DNA of 64,000 nucleotides, taken from the human T2T-CHM13v2.0 reference genome, Homo sapiens. Under the pieces are notes generated by a model, which made no database searches, was not told the origin of the DNA, and worked only from the letters and a program-made list of their open reading frames with translations. The stretch's first letter is position 1, and the number at the start of each line of letters is the position of its first letter. The stretch is taken from the NCBI RefSeq assembly GCF_009914755.1, contig NC_060930.1. One strand, written 5' to 3'. The position numbers were made by a program, and so were the translations under genes. Shown here piece after piece: positions 1-17,854 of this stretch.

Positions 1-748
1 TTTGTGTACTTTGCAAATTAAGAGTTAACATATTGTATTCCTCAATTACTCCATAGACCAGAACTAGAAAATAAAACATAAAATTGAAGTCCCTGTACTT
101 TTCCTTAATAAGGTCATCTAAATTTTGAGACTCCTATACATTTTCCAGATGTAGATTCCACATTAATTTCACAATTTAATTTTGAAACATACATTTATTT
201 CAAGTGTTCACAGATGTTAGAATTCAAATACTCATATTTAAGACACATACATTCTCTGGCAGTAGTAAATATATACTATATTTTTGAAGAATTCACAGAA
301 CACTTCAAAAAATGTTTGTGTAAGGTCGAGGAAAAAAGTAACGACATTTTAACTGAAATCTGCCTCATGACAATTATGAAAGAACAAAAGCAGATAATTA
401 ACCTGTTTATTGTAATATAAACACCAGTAAGTTTTAGATAAACTATCTAATGAATGGTCTAGAATATAACAATATGGTAAACATCATCTCCAAACAAATT
501 TTTAAATATTTGACTTAAGTGGAAAATAAAAAGCAATAGTATTGGCATTTGCCCAAGACACTCACTTGCAGGTTCCTGTATTGATTTTCTAGATCTACAG
601 AGTATCTTTCATCTCGAGAATTCCAATGTAATGTCAAAAATCTTGAAAATAACCAGGGGCTAACACACTGCCTAGTTCTCCTCAAAAAACTCCCTAAGCG
701 ATTATATATCCATCAACATGTAAGAATCAGCTTAAACAATTATATTTA

Positions 749-1127
<379 letters not shown>

Positions 1128-1467
1128 TCACACACACACACCCCACACACATGACCACATACATAAAGAAAAAAATACCAAATTGATTATTTGGATCTGA
1201 ATAAATAGGCAGTAACTAACTATTTAGCCTAATGTTTTTAAGCTACTATCATCTGATATATTTTTGGAGACTCTCAAATTTTCTGCCTAGATTATTAAAT
1301 TTTCACTTCTTCATTTCAGTAATAATCTAACATAGTGAATGCAAGCATGCTCTGGGTTATTTAGGTGTCTGATTTCATTTGTGGTTGTGCTTCTTGATTA
1401 CATGGTCATCAGGTAACATCACTTTAAGTTTGGTGGGCTATGCATAGATAGACTTAATAGATCAAGG

Positions 1468-1789
<322 letters not shown>

Positions 1790-2166
1790 TAACTCAGTGA
1801 AGGTAAATTTCCTTGCAGACCACAGAAGAAATACATATTTTGCAATATTCTGAATAAAGAAAAGAGTTAGCAGAATTGCATCGCCTCAAGAGCGGAGCCT
1901 GCCAAAGACCACAGAGGAGGGGAGGGGCAGACAGGAAGATTGTCAAGGTTAGGTGCAAATTTGTTTCACTGATGCTGTTAATTTGAATTAGATTGGTTTC
2001 ATAACTTTGTTTGGATTAAATGATACATTAATCTTATTTTACAATTGAAGAAGATCTGTGTAAATAGAGATGTATAGGTTTGTATTTTTACATATTCATA
2101 TTAAATACAATAAAAAATAATTTAAGGTTAAAAAAAAACAGCTAATTGAGTCTCCTGAATTCTTTC

Positions 2167-2171
<5 letters not shown>

Positions 2172-2209
<38 letters not shown>
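2172..2209. repeat. (CA)n microsatellite
   Basis: About 19 perfect units. Confidence 0.95.
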
Positions 2210-2211
<2 letters not shown>

Positions 2212-2550
2212 AGGTTTCTTATTAAAATTTACCATTTCTCTGAAATTTCACAACAAATTAGCAGAGTGGGAAATTCCAGACAACTGCTAAATCATGGCCT
2301 AACCCAGGCTCCATGGCCTGCATCTTGCTAGCACAAAATGCAGTCTTACGACATATTCTTAAATACACAGATTTTCATCCAACAATATGTCTGCTTATAG
2401 CTCTCCAAACAGAGGTTTCATAACATAGGTTCTGGCATTAAGGGAATAAAAAAATAAAAATAGTCACTCTGATTCAGTTCATTCATTCAACCAATATTTA
2501 TTAAGTGTACAGTACACTGTAGCAGGTTCTGGGGATACAATGCTGATTTT

Positions 2551-2847
<297 letters not shown>

Positions 2848-3309
2848 ACAATGCTGATTTTCGAAACAACAGCAAGGCTTATGCCTTCATGAAGCTTGTG
2901 ACCAAGTGGAGGAAATAGCTATTAACCACACAATCACATAATCAAGAAGGTAATGACTAACTGTGGTAACTGCTCCAAGGCCACCTAGTACTTTGAGAAA
3001 GTTATACAGACAACCAAGTCAGGCTTCCTCAATCTAGCAGTCTATTGCCAAAAAGGAGCCCTTGCTTTGATCTAGGAGTTGATTTAGACTAGCTTTCTGG
3101 CTGACAACACAATGAACACAGCTTTAGAAATCACACAAGTCACACTTTAAATAATCTTTCATAATCTTCTCTCTCAACTCTCAGGAACACAGCTGACCCT
3201 TACATTGCAATTTAAGGAAAAAAATTTCATGTTGATCCACCAGGAGAAGGAAAAAGAGAGGAAGAGGAAAATGAAGGGGAAGAGGAAGAAAAAAAAGAGA
3301 TAGAGATGA

Positions 3310-3770
<461 letters not shown>

Positions 3771-3859
3771 TCATCAGAGCAAAAGCCAGTGGCCCTCCAG
3801 AGGCCAATAAGTCCTCAGGGAACCACTTCCCTAGACAATCTCTCCACCTTGAGCCCTGA

Positions 3860-4210
3860 GTGGGGATGGTCTTCCCTAGATATCTGTGTGTCTCACCCCA
3901 ACTTTCTTCAAGTGTTCACTCAAATGATGCCTCAGGGAGGCCTACCATGCACCCTTCGTATAATGCCCCCTCTTCCCCACAGTCTCACTCTACTCTGCTC
4001 CATAGCACCCTCGCCCTCTCCTGTATTCAGTCATTTCCTTAATTTATTATGTTTCCTGCCTGCTCACCCAATGTCAACTAGAATACAAGCTTCTTGAGGG
4101 CAGGGCTTATTTAATGTTTTGTTCATTGCTCTATCACCAGCAAGTTAAATTACGCCTGGCATGTAATAGTCAATCAACAAATACTTATTGAATAAATGAA
4201 TGAATGAACA
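3860..4210 (+). mobile_element. L2 3' end
   Basis: cttgagggcagggc...caacaaatacttattgaataaatgaatgaatgaa. Confidence 0.65.
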
Positions 4211-4489
4211 TTTTGGCAACAGCCTTACCATAATACCACAAGGGACCCCTGTCTTACAATGTTACCCCCATGCAGGCCAAGGACAGTACACAAATGTGCA
4301 GTTAATAACTATGTTAAAATAATTTTTAAAAATACATTAAAATATATCTCAGCTGGGTGAGGTGGCTCATGCCTGTAATCCCAACACTTCAGGAAGCCAA
4401 GGCAGGAGGATTGCTTGAGCCCAGAAGTCTGAGACCAGCCTGGGCAGCATGGCGAGATGGGATCTCGCCATGTATAGATATGGAGAGAG

Positions 4490-4720
4490 AGAGTACTTAC
4501 TATGGGCCAGGCACTGTGTTAAGTGCTGTCCATGAATTATTTGTTTCATCATTGCCACAACCCTGTCAAGGGTATCTTTAACCCATGTTACAGATGAGGA
4601 AACTGAGGCAGAGAGGTCGGGTAACCTGCCAGCGGTACACGGCTGGCAAGAGGAAGAGCCAGGATCAGAGCAGGGTTCAGATCAGGGCCGTTGGTCTCCA
4701 CAGCCCAAGCACTCAGCTAC
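4490..4720 (-). mobile_element. MIR
   Basis: cccatgttacagatgaggaaactgaggcagagagg core. Confidence 0.7.
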
Positions 4721-6464
4721 TTTCTTCTCCCCACCTGTTCAGTGAATGGAGGCCTACAAAAGGCCGCAATAACTCAATGCACATGGGCAGCAGCCCAATG
4801 GTCTGCCCAGTTCAAGAATAATTTCTAGAGCATCTAGCAAAGTCCAGAGAACAGATAGAATTTATCATCATTATAAAAAAGAAGAGGAAGCCCATGTTGA
4901 GGGTGGGGAGAGAGCAAAATCTATCATTTATGGATTACTGTGTAATGTACTAGGCAGTAATGCTTCAGACAAATTCCTATAAGTATTATTTCCTAATTTG
5001 TATAAATATTGGTCAGCAGTTTGGGGTTTTGCTCTGACAATTATCCAAAGTAAAATTACAGTATATGTTACAAATTACGGACAGGTCTACCCTCCTCGTG
5101 AACCAATAGGGTTGAGGCAGGGTCTCCAGAATAAACTACAATGTGCCATTCACTCCACAGGAGGTGGCCCGGGATGGCAGCCAGAGGCAGAGCCATCATT
5201 TCCCAGGGGATGGTTCCAGAACCCCTAAACACACAAATGGACCCTTGAAGTCCAAGCTGTAGGCCATTAAGGATACCCACAATAATTCTTACCAGGCAAG
5301 TGTTTTTAAATGAATTTTACCAAATACTATTTGTAGCTGGGTTTTTTTAATCTTAGTAAGGAGCCAGAAATGTCTTTAAACATTTTTACTTTTCAGAAGC
5401 TTAAATAAACTGAACCAATCATGCAGTGTGCTTAGCAATGAGCCTTCAGAATGACAGTCGGGCTTTGGAAGGGGCTACCTTATGTTACACTCCCTGATGA
5501 TCATGAGATGTCTATTTAGACAACTCCTTGTTATTCATAATAAAGCCATCAGCATATGGGGTAATGCTTTCTAGTCTGTTTTCCTCAACTAAAAATATAC
5601 GCCATCTTAACTGGTAAAAACGATGGACTAAAATAAAATGTGAGAAGGAAACACTCAAGGAGAGAACTGTTAGGTTCTAAGTATTCCCCATTTTAAATTG
5701 ACACGCGCTAGGCGCCAAGCCCTGCGATAAGCTTTCAGGACACAGAAGTGAATAAGAGCCCCATTCCCACCCTGAGAAACTTGAAGTTGTGGAGAAAACA
5801 GACCTAGAAGCAGATTAAACCAGCAAGTACCAGAAAGAGGGAGGAGCAGAGGGAGTGATCGATTTGGCCTGGGACCTCAAAAAAAGGCACCGTTACACCG
5901 AATCACAGAGAATAAGGGGATTTTCCCAGACAGAAGGCACAAGAGAAACATTTGAGGAATCAGGAATTGAGAATTATAACTTACACAAATCGGATTACCT
6001 TCTTGTGGGAAGAAACTCCCAGGCAGGAAGTGAAGGGAATAAAATAAATACACACCATCATGATTGGCATTCGCACGGGCGGTTACCCTACTGCCCCTTC
6101 ACATGTCCAAAAACTGACTGCGACAACCTGATAACCTAAGTAAGTCAGAACAAAGGATTCAGAAAAAAAAGAACTTGAAGCACGAGTTCTTGCCTTAGGA
6201 AATGTTTTCTAGATGGGTAAGAGAAAGGAGAACTATACCAGTGCATTCAAATTGGCATATGATAACAACTGATCCCTGGCAGATTGAGGCTGCCTGTGCA
6301 GTACTGCGTATGTAAGCTAAATACTCTACTCAAATGTATCGTACAAGGCAAATGGAAAGAGTGTTTTTCCATGGTTCCCACTTGCACGGGTCATGTCACG
6401 GGTCATGTCAGCATCTAATGCAGGTTTCAAGCCGGTTTTAGTCCAGGTTGTTGGAGGCCAGAGC

Positions 6465-7803
<1,339 letters not shown>

Positions 7804-7859
7804 TGTGAATTCATGGTTTTCAATATATATAAATATAGAAATAAATGTAGCTGTATTTG

Positions 7860-9240
7860 TCTGATATATGTATATATATGTATGCATATGTATATCTATA
7901 CATATATCTATGCATGCATGCATATGTATATCTATACATATATGTATGCATGCATGCATATGTATATCTATACATATATGTATGCATGCATGCATATGTA
8001 TATCTATACATGTATGCATGCATGCATATGTATATCTATACATGTATGCATGCATGCATATGTATATCTATACATGTATGCATGCATGCATATGTATATC
8101 TATACATGTATGCATGCATGCATATGTATATCTATACATGTATGCATGCATGCATATGTATATCTATACATGTATGCATGCATGCATATGTATATCTATA
8201 CATGTATGCATGCATGCATATGTATATCTATACATGTATGCATGCATGCATATGTATATCTATACATGTATGTATGCCTATACATGCATGCATATGTATA
8301 TCTATACATATATGTATGCCTATACATGCATGCATATGTATATCTATACATATATGTATGCCTATACATGCATGCATATGTATATCTATACATATATGCA
8401 TGCATGCATATGTATATCTATACATATATGCATGCCTATACATGCATGCATATGTATATCTATACATATATGCATGCCTATACATGCATGCATATGTATA
8501 TCTATACATATATGCATGCCTATACATGCATGCATATGTATATCTATACATATATGCATGCCTATACATGCATGCATATGTATATCTATACATATATGCA
8601 TGCCTATACATGCATGCATATGTATATCTATACATATATGCATGCCTATACATGCATGCATATGTATATCTATACATATATGCATGCCTATACATGCATG
8701 CATATGTATATCTATACATATATGCATGCCTATACATGCATGCATATGTATATCTATACATATATGCATGCCTATACATGCATGCATATGTATATCTATA
8801 CATATATGCATGCCTATACATGCATGCATATGTATATCTATACATATATGCATGCCTATACATGCATGCATATGTATATCTATACATATATGCATGCCTA
8901 TACATGCATGCATATGTATATCTATACATATATGCATGCCTATACATGCATGCATATGTATATCTATACATATATGCATGCCTATACATGCATGCATATG
9001 TATATCTATACATATATGCATGCCTATACATGCATACATATGTATATCTATACATATATGCATGCCTATACATGCATACATATGTATATCTATACATATA
9101 TGCATGCCTATACATGCATACATATGTATATCTATACATATATGTATATATTTTGTATATGTATACGTACATATAAAAATATCTGTAAGTATGTGTGTAT
9201 ATGTATATATGTATAGCTATACATATATATCTATATAGGT
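7860..9240. repeat. AT-rich alternating purine/pyrimidine VNTR (36-, 32- and 42-bp units)
   Basis: Unit tatacatgcatgcatatgtatatctatacatatatgcatgcc repeated ~20 times after shorter variants. Confidence 0.97.
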
Positions 9241-9522
9241 ATTTAGCTCTGCCCATCAAAAAGACCCACAAGCAATGATACTCTAACAGCAATGAGCTCA
9301 CTCGAAACCACTCTACACAAAAAGACCCAGGGCTCTGAGGAGAAATGGCTGCTTTGGGATCAGAGGAAATACAATTTGAACTTTGAACATGTTGTACCAG
9401 AAATTATTGATGGGCATATCAAAAGGTCATAAAAGACATCTCGAAGTACTTTCCACTGACTAAATCTGAAACAATTTAAGCATCAAAATAACCTATTGAA
9501 AGAAATAAAAATTCGTCAGTCT

Positions 9523-9553
<31 letters not shown>

Positions 9554-10260
9554 GAAAGTTTGATAATAAACATGATACATAGTCTCAAAGTAACTCCTCA
9601 CAAAAGTCCTATTAGCTACAAAGGGAAAGAGAATCTGTTTCCAATGGAGAAGGCTGGCAGACACGAGGAGAATCAAGTGATCAAAGTTAACATCACTGAT
9701 AATGAGACAAATCAACACGGTGTGCCATCTGATGGTATGCAATAAGATGTCTGCCAAATATGCGTAACTTGAATCTGATATTACAAAATTTAGACAATCC
9801 CAAATTGAGGGATATGCTACAAAATAATGCGTGTAATCTCAAAAGTATCAAGGTAATGGAAGACAAGGAAAGACTATGGAGCCAGTCCAGTTTGAAGGAT
9901 GGTAGGAGATATGATAAGTAAATACTCGGGGTGATTGTGGACTGGGTTTTGCTACAAAGAGCACTACTGGAACAATTGGTGAATGGTATCTGAATGGCAT
10001 CTGAGGATTACAAGATGGTAATGTATCAGCATAAATTTCCTGATTTTGATGGCCATATGGTGGCTATGGAGGAGAATGGCCTTGTTTGCTGGAAATGCAC
10101 ATAAAGTATTAAGCGGTGATGGGACGTCACGTCAGCAACTTACACCCCAGTGACTCTGGAAAAACTAAGGTTCTTGTACTATAATTGCAACTTTTATGTA
10201 AATTTTAGATTGTCTCAGAATAAAAATAATTTAAAAGTTTGATAATGAAAATAAAGTAAA
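9240..10260 (+). mobile_element. Old L1M (L1MC/ME-like) 3' fragment
   Basis: Diverged L1M 3'-UTR motifs (aatcaagtgatcaaagttaacatcac, aatttcctgattttgatgg). Confidence 0.6.
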
Positions 10261-13200
10261 AGATTATCAGTTCTCAGTGAACAACAAAAAAAAAGTTCTG
10301 GGTAGAGCTCCTGTAATCTCTAGGGATTACACCTGTAATCCCAGGTACTCAGAAAGCTAAAGCAGGGGGATCTCTTTAGCCCAAGAGTTCAAGACCAGCC
10401 TGGGCAACACAGTGAGACTCTGTTTTATCTAAACAAACAAACAAACAAACAAACAAAACAAAACAAAACAAAAACTTCTGGGTAATATGTGTCTTAGCAG
10501 AACTCCTTTAAGACTGTTCCAACACCCTGAACCCACTCTGCTTTTAGGTAAATCCTATAACGTGAAAGGCAGAAAAGTGTAGAAATACTGCCACCTACCG
10601 GTTATGGAACAAATATATTTAAGTTAATAGAAAAAAAGAATTCTGAGATTTACTTGGTTGATGGAAAATGGAGCTTTTAAGGGACATTAACCTTAGAAGT
10701 TGTTGGAGAGCAATGGAAACAGAGGTCTTTTAACCTTGAGGCATGCCTAGGAATTCAATCTGAAACTCAGAGCAGATGGCAGATGGTTTTTTGATTTTCA
10801 GATGAGCCCCAGGGCATACTCTAGAATGGGGAGTTTAAAGAGAAGAGGTTCATCTAGAGGGTATAATAAAGACAAAATAATTTTTCACTCCCCACCCCAA
10901 CCTCAACAGCCTTGGCAAAGATGAATTCCCTAGAAAAGAGAAGAAATGGGAGTAGGGTACCAGGCCAGGACTCAAGGAGGGAGAAGACTGCTAGCAAGGC
11001 CTAAGCTAACTCGTGGGGCAACATTGTAAGACCCAGAAGAGGAAGAATATCCTCTTCCTCCGAGCAGGTGCAGCTCCACGGGAGAAGTTTCTGACCTTAC
11101 CTGGAACTGAGTCAATTTAGAGAGCTGAGTGAATTACAGGGGTAGAAGAAGCAGCGGAAAGGCGCTGGGAGCTCACTGGCCCCCAAGCAGGCCATTCCTG
11201 CCTGGCACCACCAGGCACCTTCGGGAGGGTGGCCAGAGGCATGGTGGAGGTGGGGGAAGGATGCCACGGGGAGAAGGAAGTCTCCAGCTGAACTTTGTAA
11301 CAATTTGAACTGGGTGAGAAGCCTCCTGCCCAGAACTCGGGGGAGGGTGCGAATCTGGTGTGCAGACTCCACAGGCAAGGAAAGAACCAAACCCTTTTCT
11401 TTCACAGCTGGGAGGTGGGTAGCCTGGGGCAAGTTCTGAAGCCCTGCTGGGGCTGTTGGCAGGGGCACTGTGGGAGTGAAACCAGCTCTTCGGATTGCAT
11501 GGGAGCTGGGTGAGGCCTATGACTCCCGGCTTTCCCCCGCTTCCCTGACAACCTGCATGACTCTGCAGAGGCAGCCATAATCCTCCTAAGAACACAACTC
11601 CATTGACCTGGGAACCTAACTCCCAACCCCCACAGCAGCAGCAGCAAGACCTGCCCAAGGAGAGTAAGCTCAGACACTCCTAGCCCTGCCCCCACCTGAT
11701 GGGCCTTCCCTACCTACCCTGGTAACTGAAGACAAAGGGCATATGCTCTGAGGAGTTCTAGGGTCCCGCCCACCGCCAGTTCCTCTCCATACTACCACGG
11801 CTGACGCTCTCTAGAAAGAGCTACCTCCAGCAGGAGACCAACCAGCACAAAAATAGAACATTAAACCACCAAAGCTAAGAACCCTCACAGAGTCCATTTC
11901 AGCCCCCTGCCACCTCCACTGGAACAGGTGCTGGTATCCACAGCTGAGAGACCCATAGATGGTTCACATCACAGGACTCTGCAGACAACCCCCAATACCA
12001 GCCGGAATCTGGCTAGACCCAGAAGAGAGATAAAAATTACTGTAGCTCAGCTCACAGCAAGCCACATCCATAGGAAAAGAGGGAGAGTACTACATTAAGG
12101 GAATACCCCATGGGACAAAAGAATCTGAACAACAGCCTTCAGCCCTAGACCTTCCCTCTGACAGAACCTACCCAAATGAGAAGGAACCAGAAAACCAACT
12201 CTGGTAATATGACAAAACAAGGCTCTTTAACACCCCCAAAAAATCACACTAGCTCACTAGCAATGGATCCAAACCAAGAAGAAATCCATGATTTACCTGA
12301 AAAAGAATTCAGGAGGTTAGTTATTAAGCTAATCAGGAAAGCACCACAGAAAGGTGAAGCCCAATGCATGGAAACCAAAAAAACACAATACAAGAAGTGA
12401 AGGGAGAAATATTTAAGGAAATAGATAGCTTCAAGAAAAAACAATCAAAAATTCAGTAAACACTGGACACATTTATAGAAATGCAATATGCTCTGGAAAA
12501 TCTTAGCAATAGAATTGAACAAGTAGAAGAAAGAAAATCAGATCTCAAAGACAAGGTTGTTGAATTAACCCAATTCAACAAAGACAAAGAAAAAAGAATA
12601 AGAAAATATGAACAAAGCTTCCACAAATTCTGGGATTAAGTTAAATGACCAAACCTAAGATTAATTGGTATTCCTGAGGAAGAAGAGAAATCTGAAAGTT
12701 TGGAAAATATATTTGGGGGAGTAATCAAGGAAAACTGGCCTTGCTAGAGACCTAGACATCCAAATACAAGAAGCACAAAGAACACCTGGGAAATTTATCG
12801 TAAAAAGATCATCACCTAGGCACTTTGCCATCAGGTTATCTAAAGTTAAGATGAAGGAAAGAATCTTAACTGCTGTGAGACAAAAGCACCAGGTAACCTA
12901 TAAAGGAAAACGTATCAGATTAACAGCATATTTCTCAGTAGAAACCCTACAAGCTAGAAGGGATTGGGGCCCAATCTTCAGCCTTCTCAAACAAAACAGT
13001 TATCAGCCAAGAATTTTGTATCCAGTGAAACTAAGCATCATTTGTGAAGGAAAGATACAGTCTTTTGCAGACAAACAAATGCTGAGAGAATTCACCACTA
13101 CCAAGCCACGACTACAAGAACTGCTTAAAGGAACTCTAAATCTTGAAACAAATCCTGGAAACACATCAAAACAGAACCTCTTTAAAGCATAAATCACACA

Positions 13201-15117
13201 GGACCTATAAAACAAAAATACAAGTTAAGCAAAAACAAAACAAACAAACAAACAAACAAACAAACAAAAACAAGGTATACAGGCAACAGATAGCATGATG
13301 AATGCAATGGTACCTCACATCTCACTACCAACATTGTAAATGGCCTAAATGCTCCACTTAAAAGATACAGAACTGCAGAATAGATAAGAACTCACCATCT
13401 GCTGCCTTCAGGAGACTCACCTAACACATAAGGACTCACATAAAGTAAAGGGGTGGAAAAAGGCATTTCATGCAAATGGACACCAAAAATGACCAGGGGT
13501 AGCTATTCTTATATCAAAAAAACAAACTTTAAAGCAACAGCAGTTAAAACAGACAAAGAGGGACATTATATAATGGTAAAAGGCCTTGTCCAACTGGAAA
13601 CTATCACAATCCTAAACATATATGCACCTAATACTGGAGCTCCCAAATTTATAAAACCTAATAGACCTAAGAAATGAGATAGACAGAAACATAATAATAG
13701 TGGGGGACTTCAATACTCCATGGACAGCACTAGACAGGTCATCAAGACAGAAGGTCAACAAAGAAACAATGGATTTAAACTATAGCTTGGAACAAATAGA
13801 CTTAACAGATATATACAAAACATTTCATTCAACAACTGCAGAATATACATTCTATTCAACAGCACATGGAACTTTCTCTAAGATAGACAATATGATAGGC
13901 CATAAAATGAACCTCAATAAATTTAAGAAAATTAAAATTATATCAAGCACCCTTTCAGACCACAGTGGAATAAAACTGGAAATCAACTCAACTCCAAAAG
14001 GAACCTTCAAAACCATGCAAATACATGGAAATTAAATAACCTGCATTTAATAAATGAGCATTGAGTCAAAAACAAAATCAAGATGAAAATTTTAAAATTC
14101 TTCAAACTGAACAACAATAATGACACAACCTATCAAAATCTCTGGGATACAGCTAAGGCAGTGCTAAGAGGAAAGTTCATAGCTCTAAACGCCTACATCA
14201 AAAAGACTGAAAGAGCACAGATTGACATTCTAAGGTCACACCTCAAGGAACTAGAGAAAGAAGAACAAACCAAACCCAAACCCTGCAGAAGAAAGGAAAT
14301 AACCAAATCGGAGCAGAACTAAATGAAATTGAAACAACCCCCCCGAAAAAATACAAAAGATAAATAAAACGAAAAGCTGGTTCCTTGAAAAGATAAATAA
14401 AATTGATAGACAATTAGCAAGAGTAACCAAGAAAAGAAGAGAGAAAATCCAAATAACCTCATTAAGAAACAGAATGGGAGTTGTTACAACTGACACCACT
14501 GAAATCCAAAAGATGATTCAAGGCTGCTATGAACACCTATATGCACATAACCTAGAAAACCTAGAAGAGATAAATAAATTCCTGGAAAAATACAACCCTC
14601 CTAGCTTAAACCAGGAATAATTAGATACAGACCAATAACAAGCAGTGAGACTGAAATGATAATTAAAAGCTTACCAACAACAACAACAAAAAGTCCAGGA
14701 CCAGATGGATTCAAAGCAGAATTCTACCAGACGTTCAAAGAAAAATTGGTACCAATCCTTTTGACTCTATTCCACAAGGTAGAGAAAGAGAGAACCCTCC
14801 CTAATTTATTCTATGAAGCCAGCATCACCCAAATACCAAAACCAGGAAAGGACATATCCAAAAAAGAAAACTACAGACCAATATTCCTGATGAACATAGA
14901 TGCTAAAATCCTTAACAAAATAATAGCTAACCGAATCCAACAACATATCAAAAAGATAATCCACCATGATCAAGTGGGCTTCATACCAGGGATGCAGGGA
15001 TGGTTTAACATACACAAGTCAATAAATGTAATACACCACATAAACAGAATTAAAAACAAAAATCACAAGATTATCTAAATAGATGCAGAAAAAGCATTTG
15101 ACAAAATCCAGCATCAC

Positions 15118-15416
<299 letters not shown>

Positions 15417-16307
15417 CAGCATCCCTTTATGATTAAAACTCTCAGTAAAATCAGTATACAAGGGACATACCTTAATGTAATAAAAGCCGTCTAGGACAAA
15501 CCCACAGCCAACATAATACTGAATGGGGAAAAGTTGAAAGCATTCCCTCTGAGAACTGAAACGGGGCAAGGATGCCCACTCTCACCACTCCTCTTCAACA
15601 CAGTCCTAGAAGCCCTAGTCAGAGCAATTGAACAAGAGAAAGAAATAAAGGGCATCCAAATCAGTAAAGAGGAAATCAAACTGTCCCTGTTTACTGATGA
15701 TATGATTGTTTACCTCAAAAAACCCTGAAGACTCCTCCAGAAAGCTCCTAGAACTTATAAAAGAATTCAGCAAAGTTTCTGGATACAAGATTAGTGTACA
15801 GAAATCAGTAGCTCTTATATCCACAACAGCAACCAAACAGAGAATCAAATCAAGAACTCAACCCCTTTTACAGTAGCTGCAAAAAAAAAAAAATAAAATA
15901 CTTAGGAATATACCTAATCAAGGAGGCAAAAGACCTCTACAAGGAAAACTACAAAACACTGCTGAAAGAAATCACAGACAACACAAACAAATGGAAACAC
16001 AGCTCATGCTCATGGATAGGTAGAATCAATATTGCGAAGATGACCATACTGCCAAAAGCAATCTACAAATTCAACACAACCCCTATCAAAATACCACCAT
16101 CATTCTTCACGTAATTAAAAAAAAACAATTCTATAATTCATTTGGAACCAAACAAGAGCCTGCATAGCCAAACAAGACTAAGCAAAAAGAACAAATCTGG
16201 AGGCATCACACTACCTGATTTCAAACTGTACTATAAGGCCATAGTCACCAAAACAACGTGGTATTGGTATGAAAATAGGCACACAGAGCAATGGAATAGA
16301 ATAGAGA

Positions 16308-17103
16308 CAGCCCAGCCAGCCACCCCATCCGGGAGGTGAGGGGCGCCTCTGCCCGGCCGCCCCTACTGGGAAGTGAGGAGCCCCTCTGCCCGGCCAGCCG
16401 CCCCGTCCGGGAGGGAGGTGGGGGGGGGTCAGCCCCCCGCCCGGCCAGCCGCCCCGTCCGGGAGGGAGGTGGGGGGGTCAGCACCCCCGCCCGGCCAGCC
16501 GCCCCGTCCGGGAGGTGAGGGGCGCCTCTGCCCGGCCGCCCCTACTGGGAAGTGAGGAGCCCCTCTGCCCGGCCACCACCCCGTCTGGGAGGTGTACCCA
16601 ACAGCTCATTGAGAACGGGCCATGATGACAATGGCGGTTTTGTGGAATAGAAAGGGGGGAAAGGTGGGGAAAAGATTGAGAAATTGGATGGTTGCCGTGT
16701 CTGTGTAGAAAGAGGTAGACATGGGAGACTTTTCATTTTGTGCTGTACTAAGAAAAATTCTTCTTCCTTGGGATCCTGTTGATCTGTGACCTTGCCCCCA
16801 ACCCTGTGCTCTCTGAAACATGTGCTGTGTCCACTCAGGGTTGAATGGATTAAGGGTGGTGCAAGATGTGCTTTGTTAAACAGATGCTTGAAGGCAGCAT
16901 GCTCGTTAAGAGTCATCACCACTCCCTAATCTCAAGTACCCAGGGACACAAACACTGCGGAAGGCCGCAGGGTCCTCTGCCTAGGAAAACCAGAGACCTC
17001 TGTTCACTTGTTTATCTGCTGACCTTCCCTCCACTATTGTCCTGTGACCCTGCCAAATCCCCCTCTGCGAGAAACACCCAAGAATGATCAATAAAAAAAA
17101 AAA
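16308..17103 (+). mobile_element. 5'-truncated SVA (VNTR + SINE-R + poly(A)), SVA_D-like
   Basis: GC-rich SVA VNTR 16308-16590, SINE-R, AATAAA and A-tail; 10-bp TSD agaatagaga at 16298-16307 / 17104-17113. Confidence 0.95.
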
Positions 17104-17854
17104 AGAATAGAGAACCCAGAAATAAACCCAAATACTTAAAGCCAACTGATATTTGACAAAGCAAACAAAAACATAAAGTGGGGAAAGGACACCCTTTTCA
17201 ACAAATGGTGCTGGGATAATTGGCAAGCCACATGAAGGAGAATGAAACTGGATTCTCATCTCTCACCTTACACAAAAATCAACACAAGATGGATTAAAGA
17301 CTTAAATCTAAGACCTGAAACTAAAAATTCTAGAAGATAACATTGGAAAACTCCTTCTAAGCATTGGTTTAGGCAAGAATTTCATGACCAAGAACCCAAA
17401 AGCAAACGCAATGAAAACAATGATAAATAGTTGGGACATAATTAAACTAAAGAACTTTTGCACAGCAAAAGGAACAGTCAGTAGAGGAAACAGACAACTC
17501 ATAGAGTGGGAGAAAATCTTCATAATCTATACACCTGACAAAGGACTAATATCTAGAATCTGCAACAAACTCAAACAAATCAGTAAGATAAAAACAAGCA
17601 ATCCCATCAAAAAGTGGGCTAAGGACATGAATAGAAAATTCTCAAAAGAAGATATACAAATGGCCAACAAACATATGAAACAATGCTTAACATCACTAAT
17701 GACAAGGAAAATGCAAATCAAAACCACAATGTGATACCACCTTACTCCTGCAAGAATGATCATAATCAAAAAATCAAAAACAATAGATGTTGGCCTGGAT
17801 GTGGTGATCAGGTAATACTTCTAAACTGCTGGTGGGAATGTAAATTAGTATAGC

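Noticed and set aside
1800-2140. AATAAA plus short A-tract resembling a retrocopy end
   Set aside because: No recognisable parent or TSD
4900-6450. Apparently unique sequence that might be an enhancer or exon
   Set aside because: No diagnostic motif cluster or convincing exon can be supported without conservation or chromatin data
7860-9240. CRISPR-like periodic palindromic array
   Set aside because: No unique spacers and a eukaryotic context; it is a VNTR
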